A stretch of 62,660 nucleotides of DNA, filler included, from Thelocarpon superellum (lineage: Eukaryota): NCBI GenBank assembly GCA_026025795.1. It is 5 parts of 5 records of this genome, joined end to end, with 100 filler letters (N's around TTAATTAATTAA, not from the genome) between each part and the next. Parts side by side here need not be neighbours in the genome. Positions count along the whole stretch, not along the records: positions 1 to 12,486 come from JAPEUG010000482.1; 4 more parts are not named here. One strand, 5' to 3'. A program made the position numbers and the translations under genes. Of this stretch, positions 1 through 12,586 are shown piece after piece; position 1 is the stretch's first letter; every line of letters starts with the position of its first letter. The notes under the pieces were generated by a model. It saw nothing but the letters and a program-made list of their open reading frames with translations. It had not been told where the DNA came from and made no database searches.

Positions 1-2258
1 CCCATCTGGTGGGCGGTTGCAAACGAGGCCTCGGGAACCGCGAGCCCCGTGGCGCGGACCTTGTCCAGCCAGGCCTGGAAGGCCGGGTCGTTGATGCCTG
101 CGTCTTCGGCATGAAGGTCATCCAACGATGCGGAAGCCGGCACGGGAGTCGTGTCGCGCACGAACATCGGCACACCCTCCACAAGCACCCCGATCTCCTG
201 CGCCCCCGTCACATAGCAGATCTTGGCCATGGCGAGCATGCCCTCGAGGCAGTGTTGGCGGTCCATGGGCGAGGGAGTGTAGGCGACGCGTGGAAGGCCC
301 GTCGCGGCGTCTGGGTACACGCGGCCCGACTCGCGGTCGCGCACGAGCGAGATGAAGGCGCTCATGTGCTTGAACTTCGGGACCATCTTCTTGTACTCGA
401 GCCCCATGCTTGCCACCATGGGCAGAAACCAGGCGGGCAGCATCGTCATAGCTTCGAGCTTGGCGCCGTGGAATCTGCCGTCTTGATTTTGGAATTCGTC
501 GCAAACTGCCGTCAGGATCCCGCCTTCCCACGGCCGAATCTCCTCGGGCCAGATGCCGAAGACTGTGGCAGTCAGCTTGGAAGCATGGGGCGCGCACCCC
601 CGACCGGGAGATACGTACTGAATGCCGCGGGATGCAGCTTCAGGTTTCGACCGAGCTGCGGATTCTGATGGCAATGTCAGCTTCATATCAGACACCGAGA
701 GTACTCTCCGTACCGTAAGACCGCTTCGCAGTAGGATGAGCGGGCTGAAGAGTGTCCCCGCGCTGAGTACGACCTTCTTGGCCTTGACAATGACCTCTCG
801 TTTGATGCTGCCATCTCGCGAAGTCCATCTACCCTGCACTCCCGTTGCCACTTTCGAGCCGCGCTGGGTCTCGAAGAGGACGTGATCTACCTCGAGCCCT
901 TCGATTGACTTCGCGCCGGCTTTGATGGCATCTGGTAGCCACGAGACGACCGGCCCTTGCTTCTGGCCAGCACCACATCCGAGGGTGCAGTAACCGCAGT
1001 AGTGCTTGTTGCCTCCCGTGTTTTGCGGAACGGCTTTGACGGAATAACCGAGCTTGCGTGCCCCCTCCAGGAGCACCCTGTTGGTGTGGTTGTGCTCGAT
1101 ATGCGCCGTCGAGACACCCATGCGACGGCAGACTCGGTCCAGGCTTGCTTGGTAATCGGCGCTGGTGAAGAACTTCATCCCACGATCGGCCCATTCCTTT
1201 CGGACCAACGCCTGTGTCTGAAGGGAGGCCGACCAGTTGATCGTGCCGCCGCCTCCCCACGTCGAACCGGCGATAACAGTAATGGTGTTGTCGTCGGATG
1301 GGAGAAGGCCACCACCGTGATAGAGGTGGTGCGCAGCCTCGAGCTCGGACATCGGTAGTCGTTCTGTTTCGTGATGGTACCCTTTCTCCACCACCACCAC
1401 CCGATGCCCATCCTCCGCGATGTTCTTTGCTGCGTAAGGGGTGAGCTAATAGCCTTCAAGTATTCGTGCTTCCGAGGACCGCCTCCGGAGGACTTACCAA
1501 CAACCCCAGCGCCACAACCCGAGCCGACTACCACCACGTCGGTCTCGATGATCTCGGCTTGCTCCCCAGCTTGAAAGCCCACGAATTCGAACGGGAAGGT
1601 GGTGCCCGGGCTCATGTGAATCGGGACGCGGGGGAAGCTCAGAAGTGGGGCGATCGATGGACTGGTGCGCAGCCAGGTCACCTTGACGAGTTGTGATAGC
1701 GATCGATGGACTTGACGCAGCGGCGGGAGATAGGACTGGGACCAGCTCTTCATGATGGCAGCCCGCTCCTCGTATGCATGATCGTAGAAGGGGGTGGAGC
1801 TGCCGTTGAAGATCAATGAGCCAACGCGGGAGCTACAGCAGCACTCATCAGCATTGTCCAAGACTTTATCGCGACTCGTCGTACTTGACCATGCTGATGA
1901 TCAGGCCTACACCACTCCGAACGTCGTCTCGAACGTGGGCGGCGAAGATCCGCTGAAGTTCGCGACGAAATCGCGCGTTAGAAGTAGCATTCTCAGCGAG
2001 ATATTGCTCGATGACCGCGTCGTCGGGCGGATTGGCTACACTGTTCTTAATATCTTGCACGGCCGCCGCATACTCGGACTGCGTCAGGAATAGCTGGGGC
2101 CCCAGGTGAGGGGTGTGGGAGGGCCGGATCTCTGGCACGATGGTGTCTGCCATGGCCAACACCATCTTCCACTGATCCGGTGTGAAGACTTCATGATCCG
2201 GAGGATCAGGCAGGGCAGTCTCCACGCGAGCAATCGCACTCAGTTGGGACGTAGTCAT
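1..2258 (-). CDS. Long-chain fatty alcohol oxidase/dehydrogenase (GMC oxidoreductase), 3' end runs off the window
   Basis: Spliced translation gives the FAD motif DVVVVGSGCGAGVVAKN, then GSTWGGGGTINWSASLQT and KHYCGYCTLGCG, typical of fungal long-chain alcohol oxidases. Two GT..AG introns (about 1833-1884 and about 1430-1497). Confidence 0.9.
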
Positions 2259-3562
2259 CGTGACCGGGAGTGATGAGAGCGATCGAGAGCGTTGCGTAGG
2301 ACAACGGAGATGGGGCCAGCGAAATAGCTGGGAGGTGCATTGGAGGCCGGCACCTCGTCAACAAAGCTATCGGCTGTTCCTCTGCAAGGATCTGAAAGTT
2401 TCTGAGCGAGAGATGTTTAAGCTGATATTCTCGAGGGCAAGCTGACAGACCCACGGAAGGCAAGAAGTACGAGACCAACAACGCCGGGGTCAGGTGAAAA
2501 AAGTAAGCGGTCGGGCTGGATGGTGGTGCCTGGTGGTGGTACAAGAACTCTCCAGCTCGAACCCGACCCGATCCTACATCATCACCCCCTCGCCGTTGCT
2601 GTCGAGAAACGCGGGGAAAGCTTGGCCGGGATCTCTGCGGCGAATCGAGCACCAATTCCGCGGTCCAATCGGGTGGCAAGGGCGCCTGCTCGAGAATACC
2701 CCGGCGAAGCGAAGATTTGGGGCCAAGGCCACGCCAGGCGAATCAAACGACAGCCATGGTTGCTTACGGAGAGCCCCTCGAGCAACAGGCGGCGCTTGTT
2801 GTCTGACGTGGTGGATCTCATCCGGTCACGTGCCGCGGCTATCTGCTCGAATCTCGGCAACTAGTATCTGACCAATCAGCCGGGAGCGCGAGATAAGGAC
2901 ATGCTAGATGGGGACGATATCCCGCGACTGGACGATCACAGTCCCTTCAGCCGCCAGCCGCCGCACAAAGGCTGAAGGAATCAGAGAGGGAAGGGGGTGG
3001 AAATAGTATGGCTTTGTAGAAGATGTTCAGAATAGGGTCTCAAGAAAATGGTCGTCACATGCAGCTGGGAGCATCTGCGCTCGTAGCATCGCCTGCACAC
3101 GCGGAGAGCGCCGCGATGAGAATGAACCCCCAAAGGATCCACTCCCTGCATCCTGATCCCGCCTTTCCCTCACCGCAAGACCGGGCGGAGGGAATAACAA
3201 AGGCAGGAGCAAATGACAGGATCTACACGTGGCCATGTATGCAGCCATCGCTGCACAGACGCGGCACTTCCGTCACCGCTCCCCCAGGGCCGACCGAGCC
3301 GTTGAGCCCTTAGCGAAACCTGCCTGGGCCTCACGTTTTCCGGCCTTGCCACCACCACCTTGCCATCGGGCCGCCATCTCCAACGGTTCCCCACCTCGCT
3401 CAGCCAGGCTCTCTCCCGTCATGTCGGTTCCTATTTAGATCGAGCTGACTGACAGCTTTCCCGTTCTTGAGCGGCCGTCCTTCTCGCCATCGATTCCTTC
3501 TTTGTGGGATCGCCAATCACGGATAGCACCTCGCGCGGTGCTCTGTCAGCTTACCTCAACCC

Positions 3563-4351
3563 ATGGCCACCGACACCCAGACGGCTCAGGTCCAGACGTC
3601 AGTACCCTCGGGTCAACCCTCGACGCATCCTGCTCAACGATGGCCTGCGGCGGAGACATCTAACGGGGTGCTTGGGTCGGTCCTGGGCAGCCCTGACGGC
3701 AAAGATGTGCTCCAGCTCCCGCTTCAGCCACGGCAACTGCGCTCGTTACGGTGTATGAACTACCGGCCGGTTGCTCTTCGACGCACGGAGCACCGGGCTC
3801 GAACGTCGTTCCCATCGGGATCCAATGGATCTGCCGACGCAACATCGGCTCCCCTGAGAGCCGAGAAAGGGAGCGAGGACGAGTTTGCCGTGGACGGCGA
3901 CGTGCACAGCGTGACCGGACCGCCGACCAAGGACCATTGGAAAGTAAGTATCCCGGCATGTGTTGTTGATCCGTCAATAACATCCATTCAGCCGGATTCC
4001 GAGGCCGCCGTGTGCGACGCTCCTGACTGTGTCACCGCCTTCTCTCTCTTTGAACGGCGGCATCACTGCCGACGGTGTGGGATGGTGTTTTGCCAGACCG
4101 ACACCCCCTTCACCGTCCCCCTCGACCAGCACGCTCGCTTCCATCCCAGTGGGATGCGGAGCCGGGCCTGCGATGCCTGCTGGACCAAGTATAAGACGTG
4201 GGAGATGGATCGATGTGCACGGTCCAACAGCGGAGACGGCACCGGCGGTCCCTTGACGCCGACCATGAGCATCAGCTCGAGAGATGAACGACAGCTGGCC
4301 GAGAACGTGGCGGGGAGCGTTCCCAGGAACTGGGAATGGAGCACGTTTTGA
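3563..4351 (+). CDS. FYVE zinc-finger protein
   Basis: WKPD (after removing intron 3944-3991), then CDAPDC, RRHHCRRCG..FC and RACDAC, which is the FYVE consensus. C-terminus PRNWEWSTF. Confidence 0.88.
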   Translation: MATDTQTAQVQTSVPSGQPSTHPAQRWPAAETSNGVLGSVLGSPDGKDVLQLPLQPRQLRSLRCMNYRPVALRRTEHRARTSFPSGSNGSADATSAPLRAEKGSEDEFAVDGDVHSVTGPPTKDHWKVSIPACVVDPSITSIQPDSEAAVCDAPDCVTAFSLFERRHHCRRCGMVFCQTDTPFTVPLDQHARFHPSGMRSRACDACWTKYKTWEMDRCARSNSGDGTGGPLTPTMSISSRDERQLAENVAGSVPRNWEWSTF

Positions 4352-4952
4352 CAGAGACGAAGATGGGAAACGGTGGTGTCGCTAGATTTCCTTGGGTCAG
4401 GGCTAGACAATTATCGGGGCGGCGTTGGCCGCAAGGACACTGGGGAGCTTCTCTGGGCGCATACCCAGGCCACGCGGTGCGAGCTCTGGTAGAACGAGCT
4501 CTGGTAGAAATTCATGGGAGAATCTCACATAGATATGACGATCAACGCCGTTATAAGCGGGGGAATCCGAGTGCAGAGACATGGGTCGGTGGTAAGGCTA
4601 GCCCTTGCTTACCCGTGGGTGGGACACAAGGGCCGGCAGCCTACCACCCATGCTGGCCCCATTTGACTGGACACGACGAGGTGAACAGGCACGATAGCGT
4701 TGCAACGAACGAACGTGAATGCACTTACGCATGCGTGGACACCTGTAACAACACGACCTCTCTTCGTCCGGACGGCAGCATTCCAGCACAGCGAGAGGCT
4801 TGCAGCTCATGATGTTGCCACAACTCATGACTGCATAGCGGTGCGGTGTCTTTCAAAACCATCGCCCAGTGCATCACCCGTCGTCGCAGCCACGGCTTTC
4901 CACGACCCCTCTCTACCGATATAGCTGGGAGGAGACCAGAGACGATGCAACA

Positions 4953-5871
4953 ATGTATCATCTCAGCAAGGCGCTGTACCTATATTTCACACGGAAGGAA
5001 GGTAAGGCAGACCCACATTCGAGATGGTTTCGTGAGGATCACAGAGCTTACCGTTGCTCACGGACGCACAGAATACTCCATCCTGCTGCTCGGACTCGAC
5101 AATGCAGGCAAGACAACGCTGCTGAACCAGATCAAGTCCCTGTATCTCCCGCCGTCCTCGTCCGCCACAACACTAATCGGTGGCCATTCCTCCTCCTCGT
5201 CGCCGGCTCAGACCGTGCCGACCGTGGGCCAGAACGTCACCGTGCTGTCCCTCCCAGACATGTACCTGAAGCTGTGGGACGTCGGAGGCCAGCAATCGCT
5301 GCGCAAGCTCTGGAACTCATACTACGATTCTTGCCACGCCATCATCTTCGTCGTCGACAGCACCGACGTCGGCGACGCCACCTTACCCGCGTCCTTTACG
5401 GGGTCCCTCTCCACCTCCGATCTCGTCGCCGCTGCCACAACACCTTCCGCCGAAGATGCCGCTTCAATCACGGGCCCAACCTCAAGCACCACCGCTGCTA
5501 CTCCGTCTGTTTCCACCGCCACCGCCACCGCCACCGCCACCGCCACCGTCGCCGCACCAGACACGGCGCACACGGGCCGACTGCACGAATGCGCCGCAGT
5601 GCTCAACAGCATCCTAACGCACACATCGACGCGCGGGATTCCAATACTGGTACTAGCGAACAAGCAAGACGCCGAGGACTGCGTGGAGGTGGTGCGGATC
5701 AAAGAGGGTCTGGTCCGGCGCGTGTTCGAGGGCGACAAGGGCGCCGCGGTCCGAGACAGTCGCGTCCTCCCCGTCAGCGCGCTGACGGGCACGGGTGTGC
5801 GCGAGGCTGTCGAGTGGGTGTGCTCGAGGGTGAAGTGGAACCGCGAGGCCAGGCCGCCCGTCATGCGATGA
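4953..5871 (+). CDS. ARL3: ARF-like GTPase Arl3/ARFRP1
   Basis: Exon 1 MYHLSKALYLYFTRKE, intron 5002-5071 (gtaagg..cacag), then EYSILLLGLDNAGKTT, WDVGGQ, ANKQD and VSAL. An MY start with no Gly2 is typical of ARFRP1/Arl3. Confidence 0.9.
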
Positions 5872-5921
5872 TTAGTACTATTGTACCGTATCATCCGAGG
5901 ACTCTGACCATATCTTTGACA

Positions 5922-5947
5922 GTCTGGTCTGGTCTGGTCTGGTCTGG
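5922..5947. repeat. (GTCTG)5 microsatellite between the convergent ARL3 and DUS1 genes
   Basis: Read directly from the sequence. Confidence 0.9.
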
Positions 5948-6049
5948 ACCATAGAGGCCCATTCATGTCTAGTAGAATACAGATGGAGAGGTCGAGTACA
6001 CCTGTCTGAGAAGACAATCAACCACAGACCAGTTCCTCCTGCAAATCTC

Positions 6050-7897
6050 CTATTGCTCCTGTTCTTCACCAAAGGGACCAACCACGGAGTCCTCCTTCTT
6101 TCCGTCTTTCCTTCTTTCCCTTCCTTCAGTCCCCTCATCTGCTGCATGCACCCCCTCTCGTCCCCGCTCAGCCTCAAGTCTTGCTTTCTCCTTCTTACTC
6201 AGCTGCATCGAGCCCTTCTCGATGGCTTCGTGCGGGAGAGGTCGAATGTACGGCTGGCAGATCCACCACGGGCGCTTGCAGCGTGCTCTTGCTTCCATTG
6301 AGCTTGGTGTTGCGCTAACGCTAACGCTGACGCTGACGTTGACAGTGGTGCTGGGCTCAGGGTTGGGGTTGGTGCTTGTGTACGCTGAAGTTGTCCTGTT
6401 GGAGGGACCTGGCGCGGAGGTGGTAGAGGTCGTGGTAGTGGTGGATGCTGAAGTCGTCTTATCAGCCTCGTCTCGAGATTGCTCCGTCTCGTATTCGACG
6501 AGACCTGAGCGCGTCGTCTGCTCCACCTGCGACAATATGCCCTCGTATGCAGGCATGTCGCCTGGACGACACTTGGCCAGAGCGTCGCGGATGTTGGTGT
6601 GTTTGGCGACGAGCGGTCTAAGGAGGTGGAAGAGGTGAGCCTGCATGGCGCCGAGGTTTGGCGAAACGGATTTGTCGCTTTTGTTGCGCTTTTGCTTCTT
6701 CGTTGGCGGTGGGCCTTCCGCCGTGTCTTCAGCGCTGTCTTGCTCGTTGACTGGGTCCGATGGGAGGAACAGTGGCGGCCGTGTTGGAGGAGTCGTCTCG
6801 AGAATGTACTTGTAGATCAGATCCAGGTATCGGCGGAGCACGGCGTCCATTCGGTATCCGCCCTTTCCATCTCTGCCCCGCCAGTATTCTCGTCCTTCAG
6901 ACCCATCGGGAGGCGGTTCCGCAAAGATGGTCGGGTCACAGAGGTTGCCCTCCGCACTCATCACCCCGTCTGCAGCCGTGGCTGCCAGACATGCTTCTAG
7001 ATCGTCGTGGGTCAAGATGTTACCGTTGGCAAAAATTACTGTGTCTGCTGGTAGATTCTCCCGCAGGTAACGGATCACGCTCCAGTCTGCCAACCCGGTG
7101 TTATGGCTCTTTTGCTCTCGGCGTCGTCCGTGAACCGTCAAGATACTGGCCCCCGCATCGAGCACCATTCTCGCGTATGCAAGGGTCTCTTCTCTGCTTT
7201 GGAGGATTCGGATCTTCGCGGTGACGGGAATGTCAAGTTCCGTGTATAGACGATGGATGAGATTGTGGATTAAATCCGGATCTTCCTGAAGGAAGGCACC
7301 GTAATTACCCTTCTTTGCGATGCCTTGTGGACATCCCAGATTCAGATCCACCGCATCGCAGAATGGTTGGACATAGCGAGCGGCCTGAAGGAGGTCTTCC
7401 GGGTCGTTGGAGCAAAATTGAACGAACAGGGGTCGATCAACAGCCGGATGGCCATCGAGATAGGCGTCCGATCGGTCGGGGGGCTTTTGGATCTCCGCAT
7501 CGGGCGGCGAAGGCAGCGCACTTCGAATGGGTTGGAAGAATCGTTCTCGATACCTTGCCATCTCGCAGAATAAACGGGAATGCATCATCGGTGTATACGC
7601 TAGAAGCTCTTTCGATCTCTCCGGAGGCAGGAACGAACGAGTGAGCAGCCGCCAGATCTGTCGCGCGGTTAATGACGACTCCGTCAGGGCTTCAGCGTTA
7701 AGGCCACGGACAAACTCGGATTGATCCACCATAGGGGCCAAGATCATCTTGGGACTACCCAAGCTCTCATAAAAGGCTCGGCCATGGAGCTTCGGGCGTA
7801 CCTTCACCGGCGGTGTGGTGTCCCTTGACACTCGATCTTGACTGGGCTGAGTATCGGCGCCGTGGCTGGTAGACCGGGTCAGCCCAGGCAGGGCCAT
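6050..7897 (-). CDS. DUS1: tRNA-dihydrouridine synthase Dus1
   Basis: KLHGRAFYESLGSPKMILAPMVDQSE, DRPLFVQFCSND, VDLNLGCPQGIAKKGNYGAFL, LTVHGR, ANGNI, GVMSAEGNL. In-frame intron 7658-7711. Start placed at the first ATG and is uncertain. Confidence 0.92.
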   Translation of the reverse strand: MALPGLTRSTSHGADTQPSQDRVSRDTTPPVKVRPKLHGRAFYESLGSPKMILAPMVDQSEFVRGLNAEALTESSLTARQIWRLLTRSFLPPERSKELLAYTPMMHSRLFCEMARYRERFFQPIRSALPSPPDAEIQKPPDRSDAYLDGHPAVDRPLFVQFCSNDPEDLLQAARYVQPFCDAVDLNLGCPQGIAKKGNYGAFLQEDPDLIHNLIHRLYTELDIPVTAKIRILQSREETLAYARMVLDAGASILTVHGRRREQKSHNTGLADWSVIRYLRENLPADTVIFANGNILTHDDLEACLAATAADGVMSAEGNLCDPTIFAEPPPDGSEGREYWRGRDGKGGYRMDAVLRRYLDLIYKYILETTPPTRPPLFLPSDPVNEQDSAEDTAEGPPPTKKQKRNKSDKSVSPNLGAMQAHLFHLLRPLVAKHTNIRDALAKCRPGDMPAYEGILSQVEQTTRSGLVEYETEQSRDEADKTTSASTTTTTSTTSAPGPSNRTTSAYTSTNPNPEPSTTVNVSVSVSVSATPSSMEARARCKRPWWICQPYIRPLPHEAIEKGSMQLSKKEKARLEAERGREGVHAADEGTEGRERRKDGKKEDSVVGPFGEEQEQ

Positions 7898-9057
7898 TGT
7901 ACACCCGGATGCCAGGCCCCGATGGCCTGACCACCACAACGCCCCAAATGGGCGACGAGAAATCCTGGACCCTATGGTCGTATCGCCCAGTCAGATCTGG
8001 AGCTTCAGACCCGGTATGAACCGTGGGACGCTGAGTGGGAGGTTGATCATGCTCTTGAGGTTAGTCGAAAAAAGATCACCTACCCCGCCTACCCAGCCGT
8101 TCTGATCCACCCGGGAACAGTATTATCTTGGGAAGTTTAGATCTCGAGACTTGCAAGATTCATGACGAGATACATTCGTGCTTCGAGAACCCAGTCATTG
8201 TAATCCAAGGCATGATCTCTTTATGTGGTCTTTCAGTGTATGCGGCGTTGCTGGCGTTTACACGAGGCCGAAACTTGATGTGGACATCAATATCTACGCC
8301 GATCATATCCATCCAGCACACTTTCATCACTTCTTCCCAACCCAGTCGATGGACTAAGTCTTCCCGGTCCTTATTGCGCCTGTACTTAACCGCTGCAGCT
8401 TATCATGACAGAGAAAAGAAGAGGGCAAGGAGACATGAAGAACATAAGAACCGCTCGCTGAGACGGGCAAGCCATGACCAACATAGCAAGACGTACATAA
8501 GGAACGACAAGATCAAGCCTCCTCTTCCACTTCCGACTGCCACTGGTGACCAAGGGCGCGGAGCGATCGAGAGGGCACGCCAATCCGTGGGCGGTCCATG
8601 ATCGTGCTACACGCGTGCATGGCGTCGGGGACGTACCCCATCCGCCACAGCTCTCCTCCACACCGCGGCGAAGACGATCGATGACATCATGGCCATTTTC
8701 TCTCCCAGCCCTCAAACTCCTGTTCTACGTCGACAGGATGATGAGCACCGGAATTGGACGCCAAACAAGACCACTCGATCATTGCTTCCCCCGCCACGCC
8801 TGCATCACTGCTCAAGCATCCGCGGAACCCGAGCCCCGCCACCACGGAGAGGCCCACCAAGGCTGCGCGCGAAGAGTCCTGCGGGGAGAGCGCCCGTCAT
8901 AAACGCCGGGAAAAGATGCGAGACGAGAAGGCACTTCTTCAGGACGGAAACCGTTCCTCCAGAAACAAAGCTTTAACTCCAGTGAGCGTGCCGTCTAGTC
9001 ACACCAAATAAGACAAGCGCGCCGAACAACGCCGAGATGGGTCGCTGGGTCGGGTCG

Positions 9058-11813
9058 TCAGAAGAAGTGAGTATACACCTTCGAATGCTCATGGACCTCC
9101 ATCTCCTGCTTCTGTCGTTAGCATGCATGTATCTTCTCCCCCGATCCGGAAGAAGGGAGCCCTACCATCTTGAAGGAATTGAGCTCTTCCTTGATCTGTT
9201 GCGCCAGCATGGGCGTCAGGCGGTTGCACGTGGCAATCTCGCCGCGCCGGTCATACTCCCCACTGGTCCATGTGTCGTGAAATTGGATACGCGGGCTGAA
9301 GCTGACGTTGTATTTGGCCATGCTCTGTGGCGTCCCTGGAGCACTCTTGGAGTCGTGGAAACCAAACTTGGGAGGCGACATGAAGTAGTCCTCGCCCTCG
9401 ATGGTCACCGAGTCCGTCCGCCGGTGCCCGAGCTGGCCCTGAGACGCACGATCATCCCGAGGCGTGCTTGGCGCGCTTGAATGAGGGCTGCTGTCGCTCA
9501 CAAGAGGAATGTTCGGCAGGGTGAAGTCCGCAGTACGGCTGTCCGCGGGCGTCACTACGGGCGAAGAGCTTCCAGAGTCGGCGCCAGTGCCTTGTTAGGT
9601 CAGTGAGACGCTCGATCATACTCTGACGCCATGGCACTCACGCTTGAGGATGCCCTTCTTCACGGCGGCGAGAATATCGGCGCGCTCGCGGTCACCACCC
9701 ACAATGCTGCGTCGTGATCGGCCGCCGTCGCTGCCCTCACCCTCGCGAGACGATCGTTGAGAGTCGACGCTGCTGCCGGCGGCGGCAACCGCGGCATCGA
9801 TGGAGTTTCTTTCAAGTCTCGGGTAGCCCGTGCCGCCGCCAATTTGATCATGAGGGTCCACATTGACGTTGACCTTTTCCCGCTCCGCCTCCACCGTGAC
9901 CATCGAGACCTGCGCAAGACTGTCACGCTGAGCGCCCTCTTCCGACGCAGGAGGGCCGACGGTCGACTTGGGGCGAAACAAGCCGACCAGAGATCGCGTT
10001 GACTTCTTCATGCCCTTGCCCATTTTCCGGATCATGACTGATGCCGAGGATGCCGTGGAAGAGATGGAGAGATTGTCCGTTGAGCCCGTGAAGTAGTTAC
10101 CTTGGCTCGAGTAGATACTCTCCCCAATTCCCCCCTCTTCCTGTTGCTGTGCGATGGCCGCCTGCTGCGCCTCTTGCTCGTCCTCATACCGATCTTTCCG
10201 TAGTTTCGCTCGCTCGTTGAAGGCGTTGTTCATGTTATTTTCCGCCGAGGCCTTGCGGAGCTCTGCAGCACTGCCGAAAGAAAAGGCCCGCCGCAAGCGA
10301 GACTTCCCACCTTTCTTCGCTTGCTTGTCGTTCAATGCGTGAAGTTGCTGGGTCGCGGCACTTTCAACCGCTTGACTTGGCCCGCTCGAGGTGGGGTGGG
10401 GCGTTCTTGGCGCCACGAATGACGGCTTGCTCGATGCGGACTCGGGGCTCGGCGGTAACGGTCGGGATAAAGGCGACGGAGCCGTGACGCGCTTGTTGCC
10501 ATCGCCAAGAGCGCGCGACGGAGTGCTGCTTGTCCTCGAATCTGGGCTGACGGATTGTGGGGCCACCGCGGCAGTGGGACTCGAGGATGTGGGTGTTAGT
10601 GGCTTGAACGGCGTCATTCCGCTCTCACGCTTGCCCTGCACGAGAGATGGTTAGCATGATGCATCGCGGGGGTGGTGGTGGGGACCACTCGTACTGTTGG
10701 TTTGGCCTGGGCACTTTGACCGGAACGGTTACTGTCGGAGCTTCCGCTACGGCGATGCGATGATGCGGGACGCGCGGGAGTGATGGGCCCTGTCCAGATC
10801 ATTTGATCTTGCCGCACCGGCGAGGACTGCGGCGATCGCTGCAGTCCCGCAAAGTCCCCCACGTCAAGACTGCTGATGCTGCGCCGCCGATACCGCTTAG
10901 CCTGCTCGCTCTGAGGCTGCCGGTACAGCTGCATGTCGTCCATGCTCGTGGGCCTCATGGCCCCGGCGGAGATGGGACTACCGTAGCCAGAAGCCCGACG
11001 AGGGCCACGTTGAGGGAACGTCCCGAATGACTGATAGGCAAAGGTAGGGGCCAAGCCACTCGTTTGAGCAGGGCCGCCGTACAAATGACCGACCGTGGCC
11101 ATGCCAGAGCCCGACGGGACGGCGGACGCTCCGGCCACGGGAGCCTGCTGTTGAGCCGCAGGCCCTACCGCCGCGCTCGTCTCAGCCCGACGCTGGACAC
11201 GTCGGTAGCGATCTGGAGATGGCTTCGTTGTTGGCTGCGAGGGCACGATCAACGCCATTTGAGGCACGGAAGCCATTGACGGGGTAGTGACGGCGCCGGC
11301 GGATTGGGATGGGGCTCCTGGGGTTGCCGTTGTCGGTGCGTCCTCATGGGCCGAAGCGTCTTCATTGCTAGTCGCGGGAGCAGATGACGATGCAGATGAG
11401 GTCGTCGAAACGGACCCATTGGTAGGCAATCGCTGGTGACCGTTCCCGGGGTAGACTTCACTGTAGGGCCGATTGTACGGTAGCACCGGGGCTGAGAAGG
11501 TTCGGTTTTCTTGGCGGAGATGGTGCGGGTTGAATTGAGAGGGATGCGCATAGTGCATCTGGTTGAGGCCAGGGTTGGCAGAAAAGGTGTATGGCACGAC
11601 AGCGGCAGGAGAGGTCTGGCCCCGGTAATTGCCAACGCCACCCGCGCCATGGGCGTACATGTTACGCGGCATCGCCTGGGCTCGCGGGTTGTGTAGTGGA
11701 TGGGTATGGCCCTGAGGGCCTGTCTGGAAGGTGCCTGAGGCAGAGCTGGGCCGAGGCTGGAGCATGGTGACAGTACTCGCGGGGGGAGGAAAGGATTGGA
11801 CCAAAGCGGCCAT
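9058..11813 (-). CDS. BNI4: Bud-neck/septation PP1-targeting protein Bni4 homolog, 4 exons
   Basis: Long low-complexity body with KKGILKR (SILK-like) and KYNVSF (RVxF). Conserved C-terminus VSFSPRIQFHDTWTSGEYDRRGEIATCNRLTPMLAQQIKEELNSFKM|EMEVHEHSKVYTHFF*. Introns 10636-10694, near 9590-9640 and near 9105-9165. Confidence 0.8.
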
Positions 11814-12486
11814 GGTGTTTGGTATCACCCGTGTTGTAAAGAAACTGTTGTCGGGTCGTTAGCGAGGTGATCGTTGGCGGGAACGCGACCAGCAATTATC
11901 GTGCTCACGTCGGCGGTGCCGCAACGGAGTGTGGGTCATAATCTTACCTCTCAACGCCAGTCTCGCCGACTGAACACTCGTGAGCGAGATGTTCCGGTCA
12001 GCGTGGCAGACGGACCGCCCCAGGGACCACGAACGCGAGGGAAGGATGAAAGTCAAGGCAACGAAGGGGATCTGGTGTCCGGAGTTGAAGGAGCGAAAAG
12101 AAGACGAAGTCAGACGCGGCGAGAGGGAGGGGAGTGGGGTGGCGGTCGAAGTCTCGCAAATGGCAGGCCAAAGTGGGCCGAAGAGCAACACGAGACGATC
12201 CGACCAGGCCACGCTCGCTCCAAAGAAAGTCACGGTCGGTAGATGAGGCCACGGCCGGTGCAAGGATTCCGGTCTCCAGTCACCGTCATAGACCTGGGAG
12301 AGATGCGTGGGGCATCGGAGTAGGACGGTTGCGGGGGGGAATGAAAGGTGGTTGCTGAATCAGGATACGTGGAGGAGGACCAAAGTCGTCAGGGCGGAAG
12401 CGAGCGTCGAGATGCGGAATGTCGTTGCTACGAGCGAAGGCGGCGGGCAAGAAAAGAAGAAGCGCGACAAGACAAGGGATAACAAT

Positions 12487-12586
12487 NNNNNNNNNNNNNN
12501 NNNNNNNNNNNNNNNNNNNNNNNNNNNNNNTTAATTAATTAANNNNNNNNNNNNNNNNNNNNNNNNNNNNNNNNNNNNNNNNNNNN
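12487..12586. other. Artificial contig spacer (N44-TTAATTAATTAA-N44)
   Basis: Six-frame stop linker flanked by Ns. Confidence 0.98.

Noticed and set aside
8128..9011. Several 85-157 aa ORFs between DUS1 and BNI4
   Set aside because: No recognisable motifs or coding bias; probably promoter and 3' UTR.
12531..12542. TTAATTAATTAA palindrome recurring about every 12.5 kb
   Set aside because: It is an artificial six-frame stop linker inside N runs, not biology.
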